DNA of 64,000 nt, from assembly GCA_027036135.1 (NCBI GenBank), contig JALVSY010000030.1, positions 160,001-224,000 on the forward strand. Reading direction: 5' to 3'. The translations under genes were made by a program, and so were the position numbers. The notes beneath the pieces were generated by a model. That model saw nothing but the letters and a program-made list of their open reading frames with translations. It did no database searches and was not told the origin of the DNA. Positions within the stretch are counted from its first letter, which is position 1. Each line of letters starts with the position of its first letter. Positions 10,691 through 19,869 of this stretch are shown here, piece after piece. The stretch is from Pyrodictiaceae archaeon (GTDB lineage Archaea > Thermoproteota > Thermoprotei_A > Sulfolobales > Pyrodictiaceae).

Positions 10691-11251
10691 GTGTCTAGTA
10701 AAAAACGTATACGTGGGAGATTACTGGGCCTTCGCGTAATAGTATTTAACCACGATGACGCGAGGAGGCTATACGGCATGGGTTATTACGGGAAACCTCT
10801 AGGAATCGCAAAGCCACGTGATACAAATTTTGAGGCTCCTCTTGAGCTAAGCCTTGTTGAGGCACTGTATCTGTTAGAGAAAGGTGTTCTCGAAATAGTT
10901 GACGAGCGTGATAATATCGTATCAGTAGAGTCTCTCTTTATGCGCGGCGAGAAATCTATTCCTAAATTTGGTCTAATATATAAGGTGTACAAGGAGCTAC
11001 GAGATAGAGGATATGTTGTACGCTCTGGTCTAAAATTCGGTGCTGATTTTGCAGTATACGAGAAGGGGCCGGGTTTGGAGCATGCGCCTTACCTGGTTCA
11101 TGTTCTGGAGACGTCTGATATAATTGATCCTTTAGAGATAGTTAGGGCTGGAAGGCTTAGTCATAGTGTTCGTAAGGCTTTTATCTTAGCACTAGTGGGT
11201 CCAGGCAAGTCTCCAACAAGGTACATTATCTTTAGGTGGAGTAAGCTCTAA
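10691..11251 (+). CDS. endA: tRNA-intron endonuclease, catalytic subunit
   Basis: LSLVEALYL, VRSGLKFGADFAVY...EHAPY, RLSHSVRK (Y/H/K triad). Confidence 0.93.
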   Translation: MSSKKRIRGRLLGLRVIVFNHDDARRLYGMGYYGKPLGIAKPRDTNFEAPLELSLVEALYLLEKGVLEIVDERDNIVSVESLFMRGEKSIPKFGLIYKVYKELRDRGYVVRSGLKFGADFAVYEKGPGLEHAPYLVHVLETSDIIDPLEIVRAGRLSHSVRKAFILALVGPGKSPTRYIIFRWSKL

Positions 11252-11377
11252 TAAATACTCCTATACACATACTTAGACGTGGCAAAGTCGGGAATACAGT
11301 AGCGGTAATGAGCTGCGTAGCTACATGACAAGCCTTGGTCACGGCCATAGAGAGGCCTGGTATGGGGTGACATAGTC

Positions 11378-11788
11378 TTGTCGTTTAGACGTGGAGGTCC
11401 TTCACGTAGGCCAAGAGAGAGAGAGGAAAGAGGAGGAAAACCTAGGCCAATGCCTCTCCCTGATGGCAGATGCAATCCTCTCTGCCCCTATTTCCGCTGC
11501 TTAAAGAATGCACTAACTGTGGTGCGTAAGCCCTCCCACGGGAAAATGCACCGTGTAGCTTATTGTAGATGGATAGGCGATGAATGTATAGGGGGCTCGT
11601 GCCAATATGCTGCATGTGCCTTGAAAGCCCTATTACCTGACGGTACGTGTCTCTATGCTAAGGAAAAGGGTCAAAAAGAGACACGAATAGAAGAGCTAGA
11701 GAGCGAGATAGCCAAAGAGGAGACCGAGATGTCTAAAGTAGAGCGACTAATGAAGAGAAGAGGCTACTACTTAGGCGACGAGTTCTAG
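11378..11788 (+). CDS. Conserved hypothetical Cys-rich (probable Zn-binding) protein
   Basis: CNPLCPYFRC...CRWIGDECIGGSCQYAAC...C; basic N-terminus; GGGGTGA RBS. Confidence 0.7.
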   Translation: MSFRRGGPSRRPREREERGGKPRPMPLPDGRCNPLCPYFRCLKNALTVVRKPSHGKMHRVAYCRWIGDECIGGSCQYAACALKALLPDGTCLYAKEKGQKETRIEELESEIAKEETEMSKVERLMKRRGYYLGDEF

Positions 11789-12375
11789 TTGATACCCCAC
11801 CGCTTGTACAAGTTATGCTCTATGCCGAGCACGTCAAGAACTTTCCCCACAACAAAGTCAACTATATCGTTCAGCGTTTTTGGCTTAGAATAGAACCCTG
11901 GTGCGGCAGGAAGAATTACAGCACCTGCTAGGCTTACTACGAGCATGTTACGTATCTCTATAGGACCTAAAGGAGTCTCCCGGATCACAAGAACAAGTTT
12001 TCTACGAAGCCGGAGCATTGATAATGCTGCGCGTGTTACTAGGTTATCTTGTATACCATGTGCGATCTTTGCTAAAGTATTCATACTACATGGTATAATA
12101 ACCATGGATTCTGGCGCACTGCTGCTGCTTGCATAAGGTGCTCTAAAGTCGTCATCCCTATATACATTACCAACATTGTTTCTCAAATACTCCTCGAGGT
12201 CAAGCCCTTCCTCGTGAGCCGCGACTTGGGCAGCAGCCTTACTATATATAACTGCAGCAAGTAGGTTCTTCTCGCGTAGTACCTCGATGAGCCTTATCGC
12301 GTATCTTATACCACTAGCCCCTGTAATTCCTACTAGCACGCCTCTGGAGATCCTACTCTTGCTCTGCCACGACAT
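11785..12375 (-). CDS. ubiX: Flavin prenyltransferase UbiX
   Basis: GITGASG, PCSMNTLAKIAHG, RETP, PAAPGFY. Confidence 0.93.
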   Translation of the reverse strand: MSWQSKSRISRGVLVGITGASGIRYAIRLIEVLREKNLLAAVIYSKAAAQVAAHEEGLDLEEYLRNNVGNVYRDDDFRAPYASSSSAPESMVIIPCSMNTLAKIAHGIQDNLVTRAALSMLRLRRKLVLVIRETPLGPIEIRNMLVVSLAGAVILPAAPGFYSKPKTLNDIVDFVVGKVLDVLGIEHNLYKRWGIN

Positions 12376-13105
12376 AGCCTAACCCTCCTAGCACGTATTT
12401 ACGACACACTATTCCCCTTACTCCATAGTGGTTATGTGATGCAATGTTCTCTATGAGTTTGCATAATTGTTCAACGCTTAGCCACCCCCTAAGACTCTTG
12501 CATAACCCTCTATAGTGTCGCCACTGTTTTGGCGCAAATAGGAGTGCTAAGATAGGAACAAAGAGACATACCCACGTCTTTACCGCTATAGACCTCATAG
12601 TTTCTCGTGGCAAGAAGATATCGCCAATCGCTATCCGTCCCTTATTGAGTATTCTTAGCATCTCAGCAACAGCATCGCCAAGATCCTTGAAGTCCCGTGC
12701 AGCGTAAAAAGCCGTGACCCCCGATACGGAGGAGGAGCGTAATGGAATATTCTCTGCAACTGCTACGATGCGGTCACAAAGAGCACTCGACGTAATGCTC
12801 TTTAACAATCTTGGAGATGGGTCAATCGCAACAATATATGATACCTGCTTACAAACATCAGCGATAACAGATACTGAGTCGCCGGGTCCAGCCCCTAAAT
12901 CAACTATAATTACCCTTCGCTGCTCATCGTTACCGTGCTGTATGTCCTTGCACATTTGCTTAATAGCGTCAAAGCGCACACGATTATCAAGCCCTAATGA
13001 CATTATTTTATTCATTCTACGATACGTATTAACAATGGCTTCTATGTCACGAACAATACACTCCCACGTATACTCGTCAAGCATTCGTGTAGCTCGCGAA
13101 GCCAT
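12353..13105 (-). CDS. UbiE/MenG-like class I SAM methyltransferase
   Basis: YRRMNKIMSLGLD, VDLGAGPG, AENIPLR. Confidence 0.8.
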   Translation of the reverse strand: MASRATRMLDEYTWECIVRDIEAIVNTYRRMNKIMSLGLDNRVRFDAIKQMCKDIQHGNDEQRRVIIVDLGAGPGDSVSVIADVCKQVSYIVAIDPSPRLLKSITSSALCDRIVAVAENIPLRSSSVSGVTAFYAARDFKDLGDAVAEMLRILNKGRIAIGDIFLPRETMRSIAVKTWVCLFVPILALLFAPKQWRHYRGLCKSLRGWLSVEQLCKLIENIASHNHYGVRGIVCRKYVLGGLGYVVAEQE

Positions 13106-13194
13106 GCTCTTCCCTAGCCCTTGTAAACACCGAGCACGCTTGGGCCCAAAAGTAATTAGCGAGGATCACAGAACTACTATAATAAGTAACATGG

Positions 13195-13785
13195 ATGGCC
13201 CCCAGGGCTCTCAGCAAACCAATGCATGAATCTCAAGTGCGTAGGGTGCTGATGGCCTTGAGGTTTGCTGGTATATTCGCTGTTTTGCCTCTGGCTGAGC
13301 TGGAGGCATATGATGTACCATGGGTTCCTACAAGGAGGCAGTTAATATCGCACATAATGAGGCTTGCTGCCTTATCGGAGAATGATGTATTTTATGACCT
13401 GGGGTGCGGCGATGGCAGAGTAGCTGTTGAAGCGGCTAAGCGTGGTGCCAAGGCTGTTTGTGTTGAGATTAGAAAGGATCTAATCGAGAAGGCCAAGGAG
13501 AATGCCAGGAAGAATAATGTCTACGAACGCATAGCGTTCATCAATGATAGCTTCTTTCACGTAGACTTAAGCGATGCCACTGTTGTATACATGTATCTAC
13601 TTACACGGGTAAATGCAGCGCTCAGACCTAAGCTAGAAAAAGAGCTAAAGCCTGGGACACGGGTGATTACTCTCGACTTCGAGATACCTAGATGGAAACC
13701 AGTACATGTAGAAAAACACTACATAGCAGGTCTTCTTAGGACCCTCTATCTATACATCGTTGGCATTAGTAACTTATCCCAGTAG
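13195..13785 (+). CDS. SAM-dependent methyltransferase (archaeal protein-lysine methyltransferase/Dot1-like family)
   Basis: VPWVPT, YDLGCGDGR, ATVVYMYL, LKPGTRV; true start may lie downstream. Confidence 0.8.
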   Translation: MAPRALSKPMHESQVRRVLMALRFAGIFAVLPLAELEAYDVPWVPTRRQLISHIMRLAALSENDVFYDLGCGDGRVAVEAAKRGAKAVCVEIRKDLIEKAKENARKNNVYERIAFINDSFFHVDLSDATVVYMYLLTRVNAALRPKLEKELKPGTRVITLDFEIPRWKPVHVEKHYIAGLLRTLYLYIVGISNLSQ

Positions 13786-14721
13786 CATCGCAGCTATTAT
13801 TGGCAGGAGCATCGTTGCATCCCCGTAGATTACTACGTGCCTAGCTTTGGGTCTTATTTTACCCCAACTTATAGCCTCACGGGGATGAGCACCACTAAGA
13901 CTACCATCATACTCGACAGCTGTTGTTAGGTAAACGGCGCAGTCCAGGCCCTCCCTGAACTGTGCCCACCAGATGGTGTGATGCTTACTTATACCACCGC
14001 CTACGATCAACGCTACAGCCTTCTTTGCATGAAAGAATTTTTCAGCCATAACTTTCTCGTCTAGGAATGGATTGATCCTCAGCTCTTTATGCGTCTCGGT
14101 GTAAGTAAAGAGGGCTGTCCCAAAGGCTCCGTCGAGGTACCCAGGGACTATAATTGGTGTAGATGTCTTGTACGCCGCGTTGAGTATACTGTTAGAGTCA
14201 TTAATTCTTTTCCCAATCTCCCATATTATTTCGTATACCCCCCATTCTCTTCCTTTGTTGAGATCGTCTAGGGTCTCGTATACCTTTTTCTCTATTAGTG
14301 GTCCATAGTTCTCAACGGGTATGAATATGTTACCTAGCCTATGTATCTTGAGATCACGAAGAACCTTATCATCGGCTTCAAAGAAGCCCTTATAGTATGT
14401 TCCTCCAAAACTCCTAGCTATATCGTGGTCTAAGGTCCCACATGTAGTCACCACTAAATTAAATATCTTTTCTTGTATCAATTGTGCAAATATTCCTCTA
14501 AGCCCTGTTGCAACAAGATTAGCGGTGAACGATATAACTCTTAGATCGGCGTCTTTTAGACAATCTTTTAGTATCTTTATTCCTCTGACAAGGTGTCCCA
14601 CCATGAATCCATGAATGTCCTCGTACATTTTTACAAGCTCCTCAATAGTCATGCCAGGTGATATTCTGGCGTCCCTTACAGGTTCGTTTAGTACATCCTC
14701 TCTTCTCATGATATTCGCCAC
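13774..14721 (-). CDS. dys: Deoxyhypusine synthase
   Basis: FTANLVATGLRG, GGGISKHH, DGSLSGAHPREAISWGKI. Confidence 0.95.
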   Translation of the reverse strand: MANIMRREDVLNEPVRDARISPGMTIEELVKMYEDIHGFMVGHLVRGIKILKDCLKDADLRVISFTANLVATGLRGIFAQLIQEKIFNLVVTTCGTLDHDIARSFGGTYYKGFFEADDKVLRDLKIHRLGNIFIPVENYGPLIEKKVYETLDDLNKGREWGVYEIIWEIGKRINDSNSILNAAYKTSTPIIVPGYLDGAFGTALFTYTETHKELRINPFLDEKVMAEKFFHAKKAVALIVGGGISKHHTIWWAQFREGLDCAVYLTTAVEYDGSLSGAHPREAISWGKIRPKARHVVIYGDATMLLPIIAAMLLG

Positions 14722-14797
14722 TTCTTTTGTACCTCTCTGAGGCGATTTATTACTTGGCCGGGGCTAAGGCACCACGAGGCATCGGTGTGAGACCATT

Positions 14798-15523
14798 ATG
14801 AATAGCAGCAGTAAAGGTCTTAGTGGAAAACGTCGCTGGTATGCTAGTGAGAGAATAGCATTTAAATTACTAGATGAGACGGGTTATCATATTGTTGAGA
14901 CGCATAAGAAGATAGTCATTGATGGTGTTGAAGTCGGCGAAGTTGATGCCATAGCTCTGGGCCCGGATAATGAGTACTATGCTGTTGAGGTTAAGGCTGG
15001 AAGACTTGACGTGCATGGGGTTCGCCAGGTAGTTAGTAATGCTATGCTGCTGGGCATGAAGCCTCTAGCAATATGTAAGGGCTTTGCCGATGACGCAGCT
15101 AAGAAGGTTGCTGAGAAGCTAGGAGTTAAGGTTATTGAGCTTAGCGATGTATTCCTAGTCGATGCCGAGGAGCTAGAGGAGATAGTTTATGGCGCTGCTC
15201 TGGAAGCGTTCTCGGAGACTCTAAGAATACTAATTGATCCGGGCATAAAGGTACCAATAATATATCTAGATTATTTAAGATCCATAGCACGTAGTGATAA
15301 TCTCCACGATGCTGCTACAAGGCTTAATAAGGATGTCAAGGATCTTTTGCCCGTGTTTTCGTGGCTACGCTCGTTGTCGCCCATTGCAAGGAGAGGTGGA
15401 TATAAATCAATACGTTTGGTTGCATCACTGGTTTTGCTTAGGCTTCAGTTACAAGGGTTACTTGACTCACTTAGCCGTGATCTAGAAGCGTTTAGTAGAC
15501 TCGCGGAAAGGCTAGGGGTGTAA
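14798..15523 (+). CDS. PD-(D/E)XK restriction-endonuclease-like (RecB/Mrr-type) protein with helical C-terminus
   Basis: SE...GEVDAIA...AVEVKAG...VRQ catalytic pattern. Confidence 0.75.
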   Translation: MNSSSKGLSGKRRWYASERIAFKLLDETGYHIVETHKKIVIDGVEVGEVDAIALGPDNEYYAVEVKAGRLDVHGVRQVVSNAMLLGMKPLAICKGFADDAAKKVAEKLGVKVIELSDVFLVDAEELEEIVYGAALEAFSETLRILIDPGIKVPIIYLDYLRSIARSDNLHDAATRLNKDVKDLLPVFSWLRSLSPIARRGGYKSIRLVASLVLLRLQLQGLLDSLSRDLEAFSRLAERLGV

Positions 15524-15527
15524 TTTC

Positions 15528-16274
15528 TTGAACCCAAAGGAGGTCAAGGCTTCTATTAGGCAGAGGATTTGGAAACTCTTAGAGGAGCAGAACATAGCTC
15601 GTTTCCCTAGACCAGTCTATGGACGGATACCTAACTTTGCCGGGGCCCGTGAAGCAGCAATGAATCTCGCTAAGACTCATATCTGGAAAGAGGCGCGTAT
15701 AGTGAAGGTTAACCCTGATTCTCCGCAGAAATGGGTTAGGTTGATGGCGCTTCGGCAAGGCAAGCTACTAGTAATGGCGACGCCACGGATTAGAGAAGGG
15801 TTCATAATTCTTGATCCAAGCAAAATACCTTCGTTTCTTTATGAGAAGGCTGCAACAATACGCGGAGCCTTTCAGCTAGGGCAAAAGATAGGGCTAGACG
15901 AGCTGAGGGAACTGGGAGGTATTGACCTAATAGTTACTGGCTCTGTTGCTGTCGACCGACAAGGGCATCGCATAGGTAAGGGAGAGGGGTATGCTGAATT
16001 GGAGTATGCTATTCTTCGCGAGCTTGGACTAGTCGGCGATGATACACCCATAGCGACAACTGTTCATGACGTACAAATAGTTGAACGGATTCCACGTGAA
16101 CCTTATGACTTAGTTGTTGACTACATAGCTACTCCGACGCGGATTATTGAGACCCTTTCTGGCGAGAAGAAGCCTCCTGGAATACTATGGGATATGCTGC
16201 CATGTGAGAAAATGAGGAAAATTCCTATACTCATGGAGCTCGCTAGACGTAAAGGAGTTAAAAAGCAATGCTAG
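15528..16274 (+). CDS. 5-formyltetrahydrofolate cyclo-ligase family protein (COG0212)
   Basis: GRIPNFAGA, KVNPDSPQ, GSVAVD...RIGKGEGYAELEY. Confidence 0.88.
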   Translation: MNPKEVKASIRQRIWKLLEEQNIARFPRPVYGRIPNFAGAREAAMNLAKTHIWKEARIVKVNPDSPQKWVRLMALRQGKLLVMATPRIREGFIILDPSKIPSFLYEKAATIRGAFQLGQKIGLDELRELGGIDLIVTGSVAVDRQGHRIGKGEGYAELEYAILRELGLVGDDTPIATTVHDVQIVERIPREPYDLVVDYIATPTRIIETLSGEKKPPGILWDMLPCEKMRKIPILMELARRKGVKKQC

Positions 16275-16278
16275 ATAC

Positions 16279-17475
16279 TTAGAGAACAGTACCCGGCTCT
16301 ACCCCGTATCGCTTGACTAGTTCATTGTAATCGATGAAGCATAGCGGATCATCTCCCCATTCATCCCCGGTAAGTGCTAGGGCTCTTCCACGGCTTCCTC
16401 CTCCACATATTCTCCTAAATGGACACTTACCGCATCTCTCGCCGCGCAGGTATTTCTCTATATTTATAAACGGCTTTAGTTTCTCATTATCAGGTCTAAG
16501 TATCTCTGAAAGACTTTGCTCCCTTAGGTTGCCTAGACTCACCCAGTCTATGAACTGACAGGGCTTAACCTCCCCATCAGGGTATATGCTTATGCTCTTG
16601 CGTCCACAGTTGCCCTGTGCGTCTAGCATCTTGATGTATTGGAGAAACTCTTCTCTGTTCTTGGCTAGTAGCGAGGCTATATAGAAGCCCATGAATTGCG
16701 CACGCACAACTAGTATCTCCATGTCGTCTGCATATTTTCGGGCCTCATCTATGAGTACATGTGCTAATTTCTTTAGCTGATCATGGCTCGGTAACAAGTC
16801 CTTGATGAAAGCGCCACGACCAACGGTGTCAAGGATATAGAGACTTACTCTCCTTATTCCATTGTCGTGTGCCCACTTGAGTATGGCTGGCACCTCGTCC
16901 ACGTTAAACTTGGTGATAGTAGTACGTATTCCGACATCGATGCCTGCTTCCAGGGAGTTCTTTATACCTCTAACAGCTGCCTCAAAGGCTCCCTTGACGC
17001 CACGGAAGTAGTCATGCCTAGCTGGTACAATGCTATCTATTGATATACCTACGTATACGAATCCATAAGATGCTAGTTTATGGGCTATATCGCGTGTTAT
17101 TAGAGTCCCATTGGTGCTAAGTGAGAGCTTTGGTCTTTGCTTATTAGCCATGGGTTCAACTATTTCCCAGAAGTCCTCGCGTACGAGTGGTTCGCCCCCA
17201 GAGAGTATAACTAATGGTATTCCTATCTTGACAGTCTCCTCAGCTACTCTTCTTGCCTCCTCCGTTGTTAACTCGTATCTATCATCGTACTGGCCCGCGC
17301 TTATATAACAATGTATGCACTTCAAGTTGCACTTGTAGGTTATGTTCCAGAAGACTATGGGTCTTAGGATATCACTGAATCTAGATGGCTTACGTGGCCC
17401 GTAATGACCCTTTATCCTAGTTGATACTGTTCCTTTCCCTGTAACCATAACGGTAACCGGGATCAACGGTCTCAC
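16279..17475 (-). CDS. ahbC: Radical SAM/SPASM protein, AhbC (NirJ1)-like Fe-coproporphyrin III synthase
   Basis: PIVFWNITYKCNLKCIHCY, SPASM Cys motif, clustered with ahbAB and ahbD. Confidence 0.75.
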   Translation of the reverse strand: MRPLIPVTVMVTGKGTVSTRIKGHYGPRKPSRFSDILRPIVFWNITYKCNLKCIHCYISAGQYDDRYELTTEEARRVAEETVKIGIPLVILSGGEPLVREDFWEIVEPMANKQRPKLSLSTNGTLITRDIAHKLASYGFVYVGISIDSIVPARHDYFRGVKGAFEAAVRGIKNSLEAGIDVGIRTTITKFNVDEVPAILKWAHDNGIRRVSLYILDTVGRGAFIKDLLPSHDQLKKLAHVLIDEARKYADDMEILVVRAQFMGFYIASLLAKNREEFLQYIKMLDAQGNCGRKSISIYPDGEVKPCQFIDWVSLGNLREQSLSEILRPDNEKLKPFINIEKYLRGERCGKCPFRRICGGGSRGRALALTGDEWGDDPLCFIDYNELVKRYGVEPGTVL

Positions 17476-17490
17476 CTAGAATAGCCTATA

Positions 17491-18483
17491 TCACCTAATT
17501 ATGCCGGGCAGTAGGTCTCTTAGACTTATTATTTGTAAATAGTCCTTTACGTAGGGGCTTTCATCGAGTTTTTCGTAGACCGGTCTCAGCCTAGTCTCAT
17601 CAACCGCGTGTACCATCATATAGCAGTTGTGTCTCCACTTTTCGGGCGGCCATGGCTCCCTAAGAACAACGTGTGTTGCCTCCGGCACGTTATCCGTGAC
17701 CCACTCGCACAGCTCGGTCTCTTTTGTCGCAGGTTGCATTACGACCATGGCGTTATAGGTAAACCCTGCTCTATGACCATCAAGTGCCGCGCCAGGGTCG
17801 CCTAGTACTCCCTTCTCTAGGAGCATCTTCGCTATTTCGACTAGTCTTTCTTCGTCTAGTCCATATTTTGTTGCTAGCTCTTTATAGGGCTCTCGTTTAA
17901 GTGGTAGTACTCTAAGTGCTCTAACAAGGTTGGTGTCAAGGCCCAGCTCGCTAGGTGATGGTGGGTTCTCAACTATCTTGCTAAAGGGTCCTGCTCTGCT
18001 AACTCCTTTTTCGAGGTCGTATTTTACGCTAAGTCTGTAGACGCGTTTACTCCATAGTATGACGAAGTCTGCTTTGTTCTGGGTGGCGAGTTTCTCTATT
18101 TTGTTTTTGAGTGCTTCTTTGTTCTTATCGCGGACAACCACCCAGAGGTTATAGTAGGGATGATTCCTTATATAGCTATGCGTTGTTGTGAAGTTCTTAA
18201 GAATCTCGTTTGCTAGTTTCTCCGGCTCATCGGTTCTAAATGCTACGAGTGCAGCTACCTCTCTATAAGACTTGTAATTGACGTAGAAGCCTATTCGCTT
18301 AAGTATTCCTAGCTCTCTCATCTTCTTAGCAACACCGATTATCTCGTCAACACTAGTTCCTAGACGCTTAGCTACTACATCGAATGGCTTAGATACTAGT
18401 GGGAAATTGTACTGTAGCTCCATTAGCACACGTTTTTCGGTATCACTCATACATGTTATCAAAGGCTGAACCCCCTTGTCCAA
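17491..18483 (-). CDS. ahbAB: Fused siroheme decarboxylase AhbA/AhbB (Lrp/AsnC-like)
   Basis: LQYNFPLVSKPF, HSYIR...YNLW, second repeat HRAGFTYNAM...THVVLR...YMMVH. Confidence 0.85.
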   Translation of the reverse strand: MDKGVQPLITCMSDTEKRVLMELQYNFPLVSKPFDVVAKRLGTSVDEIIGVAKKMRELGILKRIGFYVNYKSYREVAALVAFRTDEPEKLANEILKNFTTTHSYIRNHPYYNLWVVVRDKNKEALKNKIEKLATQNKADFVILWSKRVYRLSVKYDLEKGVSRAGPFSKIVENPPSPSELGLDTNLVRALRVLPLKREPYKELATKYGLDEERLVEIAKMLLEKGVLGDPGAALDGHRAGFTYNAMVVMQPATKETELCEWVTDNVPEATHVVLREPWPPEKWRHNCYMMVHAVDETRLRPVYEKLDESPYVKDYLQIISLRDLLPGIIR

Positions 18484-18496
18484 GTAGCTTAGTCGG

Positions 18497-19723
18497 CTAG
18501 CTCCTCGATGGCTTAACAGGTAGAATTAGGCGTAGACCTTCAATTTTGGATGAGTATTCCGAGATATTGATTCCAAGTTTTTGGACAAGTTCTGTAAACT
18601 CTCCAGGCTGATAGGGGCATGCAGGATCCTCGCCCAGAGGGTCAGCTTTCAGGGTATAGGCGCGTGCTCTGCTTCCACCGCATATGTCTCTGAACTCGCA
18701 TATTCCGCATCTGCCCTTGAACTCGGCTGAGCGGATCTTTCGTAGGACGGGATGCGTTCTATATATCTCAACGAGGCTCTTCGTCCTGACATTCCCCAAG
18801 GGGTATGGCATGAAGCCACTAGGGTACACGGTACCGTCGTACGCGATAAAGATTATCCCCTTACCGTCACGTGTCCCCGTAGTAGCTACCATAGGACGTG
18901 TCTTTGGTTCTCCTAGCAATTCCTTGAGCCTATTATGCAGGTAGTCATAGAGCTTGCCTAGTCTAAAGAACTTCATGTAATCTATGCCCCTAGACTCCAA
19001 AATAAGACGCGTCAGAGCTATGCGCCTAAACATTGGGCCCTCTGTTGTTCTTACAACTATGCCGTATTTTGATACATCGTATAAGAAGTTGCTGACATCC
19101 TCCCACTCCTGCGGTGTTAGATCTAGTTCTTTTTGTGCACGTCCGACGGGTATAAGGTAGAAGACCTCCCACGTCTTAATACCTATATCATTTAGTAACT
19201 TAGCGATATCTGCCAAGTCTCTGGCATTATCACGCATTACGGCTGTATTTACTTGTACACGTATACCTCTCTCTACCATTTGCTTAAGTATGTTAACTGT
19301 TCTTTGGAAGTGACCCGGTATACCCCTAATATTGTCGTGGATCTCTGGTCTACTTCCATCAAGGCTTATGCTAACACTTATTTCCCTAGACTCTATCTCG
19401 TTAAGAGAGTTCTCTAAGATATTCGTCACGGCTGGAGCTAATGCGACCCTTACCTTTCTTTCAATCGCGTAGTCTACTAGTTCCCAAATATCTTTGCGCA
19501 TTAGCGGGTCTCCACCAGTGAATACTAGTATTGGGCTTGGTTGCCCGAACCTTGCTACGTCGTCTATCAGTTTCTTGCCTTCTTCTGTGTTTAGCTCACC
19601 TGGTAGCGGGTTGAGTATCGCGGATGCTCTGCAATGTTTACAAGCTAGCTTACAAGCCTTGGTTGTTTCCCAGAATACTAGTAAGGGCTTTTCGTCGAAA
19701 GGCCATCTCGTGGCGGTATGCAT
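18497..19723 (-). CDS. ahbD: Radical SAM/SPASM protein, AhbD-like heme b synthase
   Basis: VFWETTKACKLACKHCRA, TGGDPLMR, VYPSGF, CGGSRARAY; probable start ATG 19723. Confidence 0.75.
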   Translation of the reverse strand: MHTATRWPFDEKPLLVFWETTKACKLACKHCRASAILNPLPGELNTEEGKKLIDDVARFGQPSPILVFTGGDPLMRKDIWELVDYAIERKVRVALAPAVTNILENSLNEIESREISVSISLDGSRPEIHDNIRGIPGHFQRTVNILKQMVERGIRVQVNTAVMRDNARDLADIAKLLNDIGIKTWEVFYLIPVGRAQKELDLTPQEWEDVSNFLYDVSKYGIVVRTTEGPMFRRIALTRLILESRGIDYMKFFRLGKLYDYLHNRLKELLGEPKTRPMVATTGTRDGKGIIFIAYDGTVYPSGFMPYPLGNVRTKSLVEIYRTHPVLRKIRSAEFKGRCGICEFRDICGGSRARAYTLKADPLGEDPACPYQPGEFTELVQKLGINISEYSSKIEGLRLILPVKPSRS

Positions 19724-19803
19724 ACTGGTACCCTCTATCCATGATGTAAACACTTGTTTAAGCTGAGACAATCTTATATAATTTTTCACTGAATGATTTG
19801 CGC

Positions 19804-19861
19804 GGATGATGAGGCTAGACGACGCAGAGTTTCCTCAATGAAGAGGCGCTGGGGGCTGAAC
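19804..19861 (+). ncRNA. C/D-box sRNA (tRNA-targeting candidate)
   Basis: C ATGATGA 19806, guide GGCTAGACGACG, D' CAGA, C' ATGAAGA, guide GGCGCTGGGGG, D CTGA 19856; intergenic. Confidence 0.8.
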
Positions 19862-19869
19862 ACCTAGCT

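Noticed and set aside
11305-11362. GTAATGA...ATGA C/D-like half motif
   Set aside because: No credible C'/D boxes and only a weak guide match
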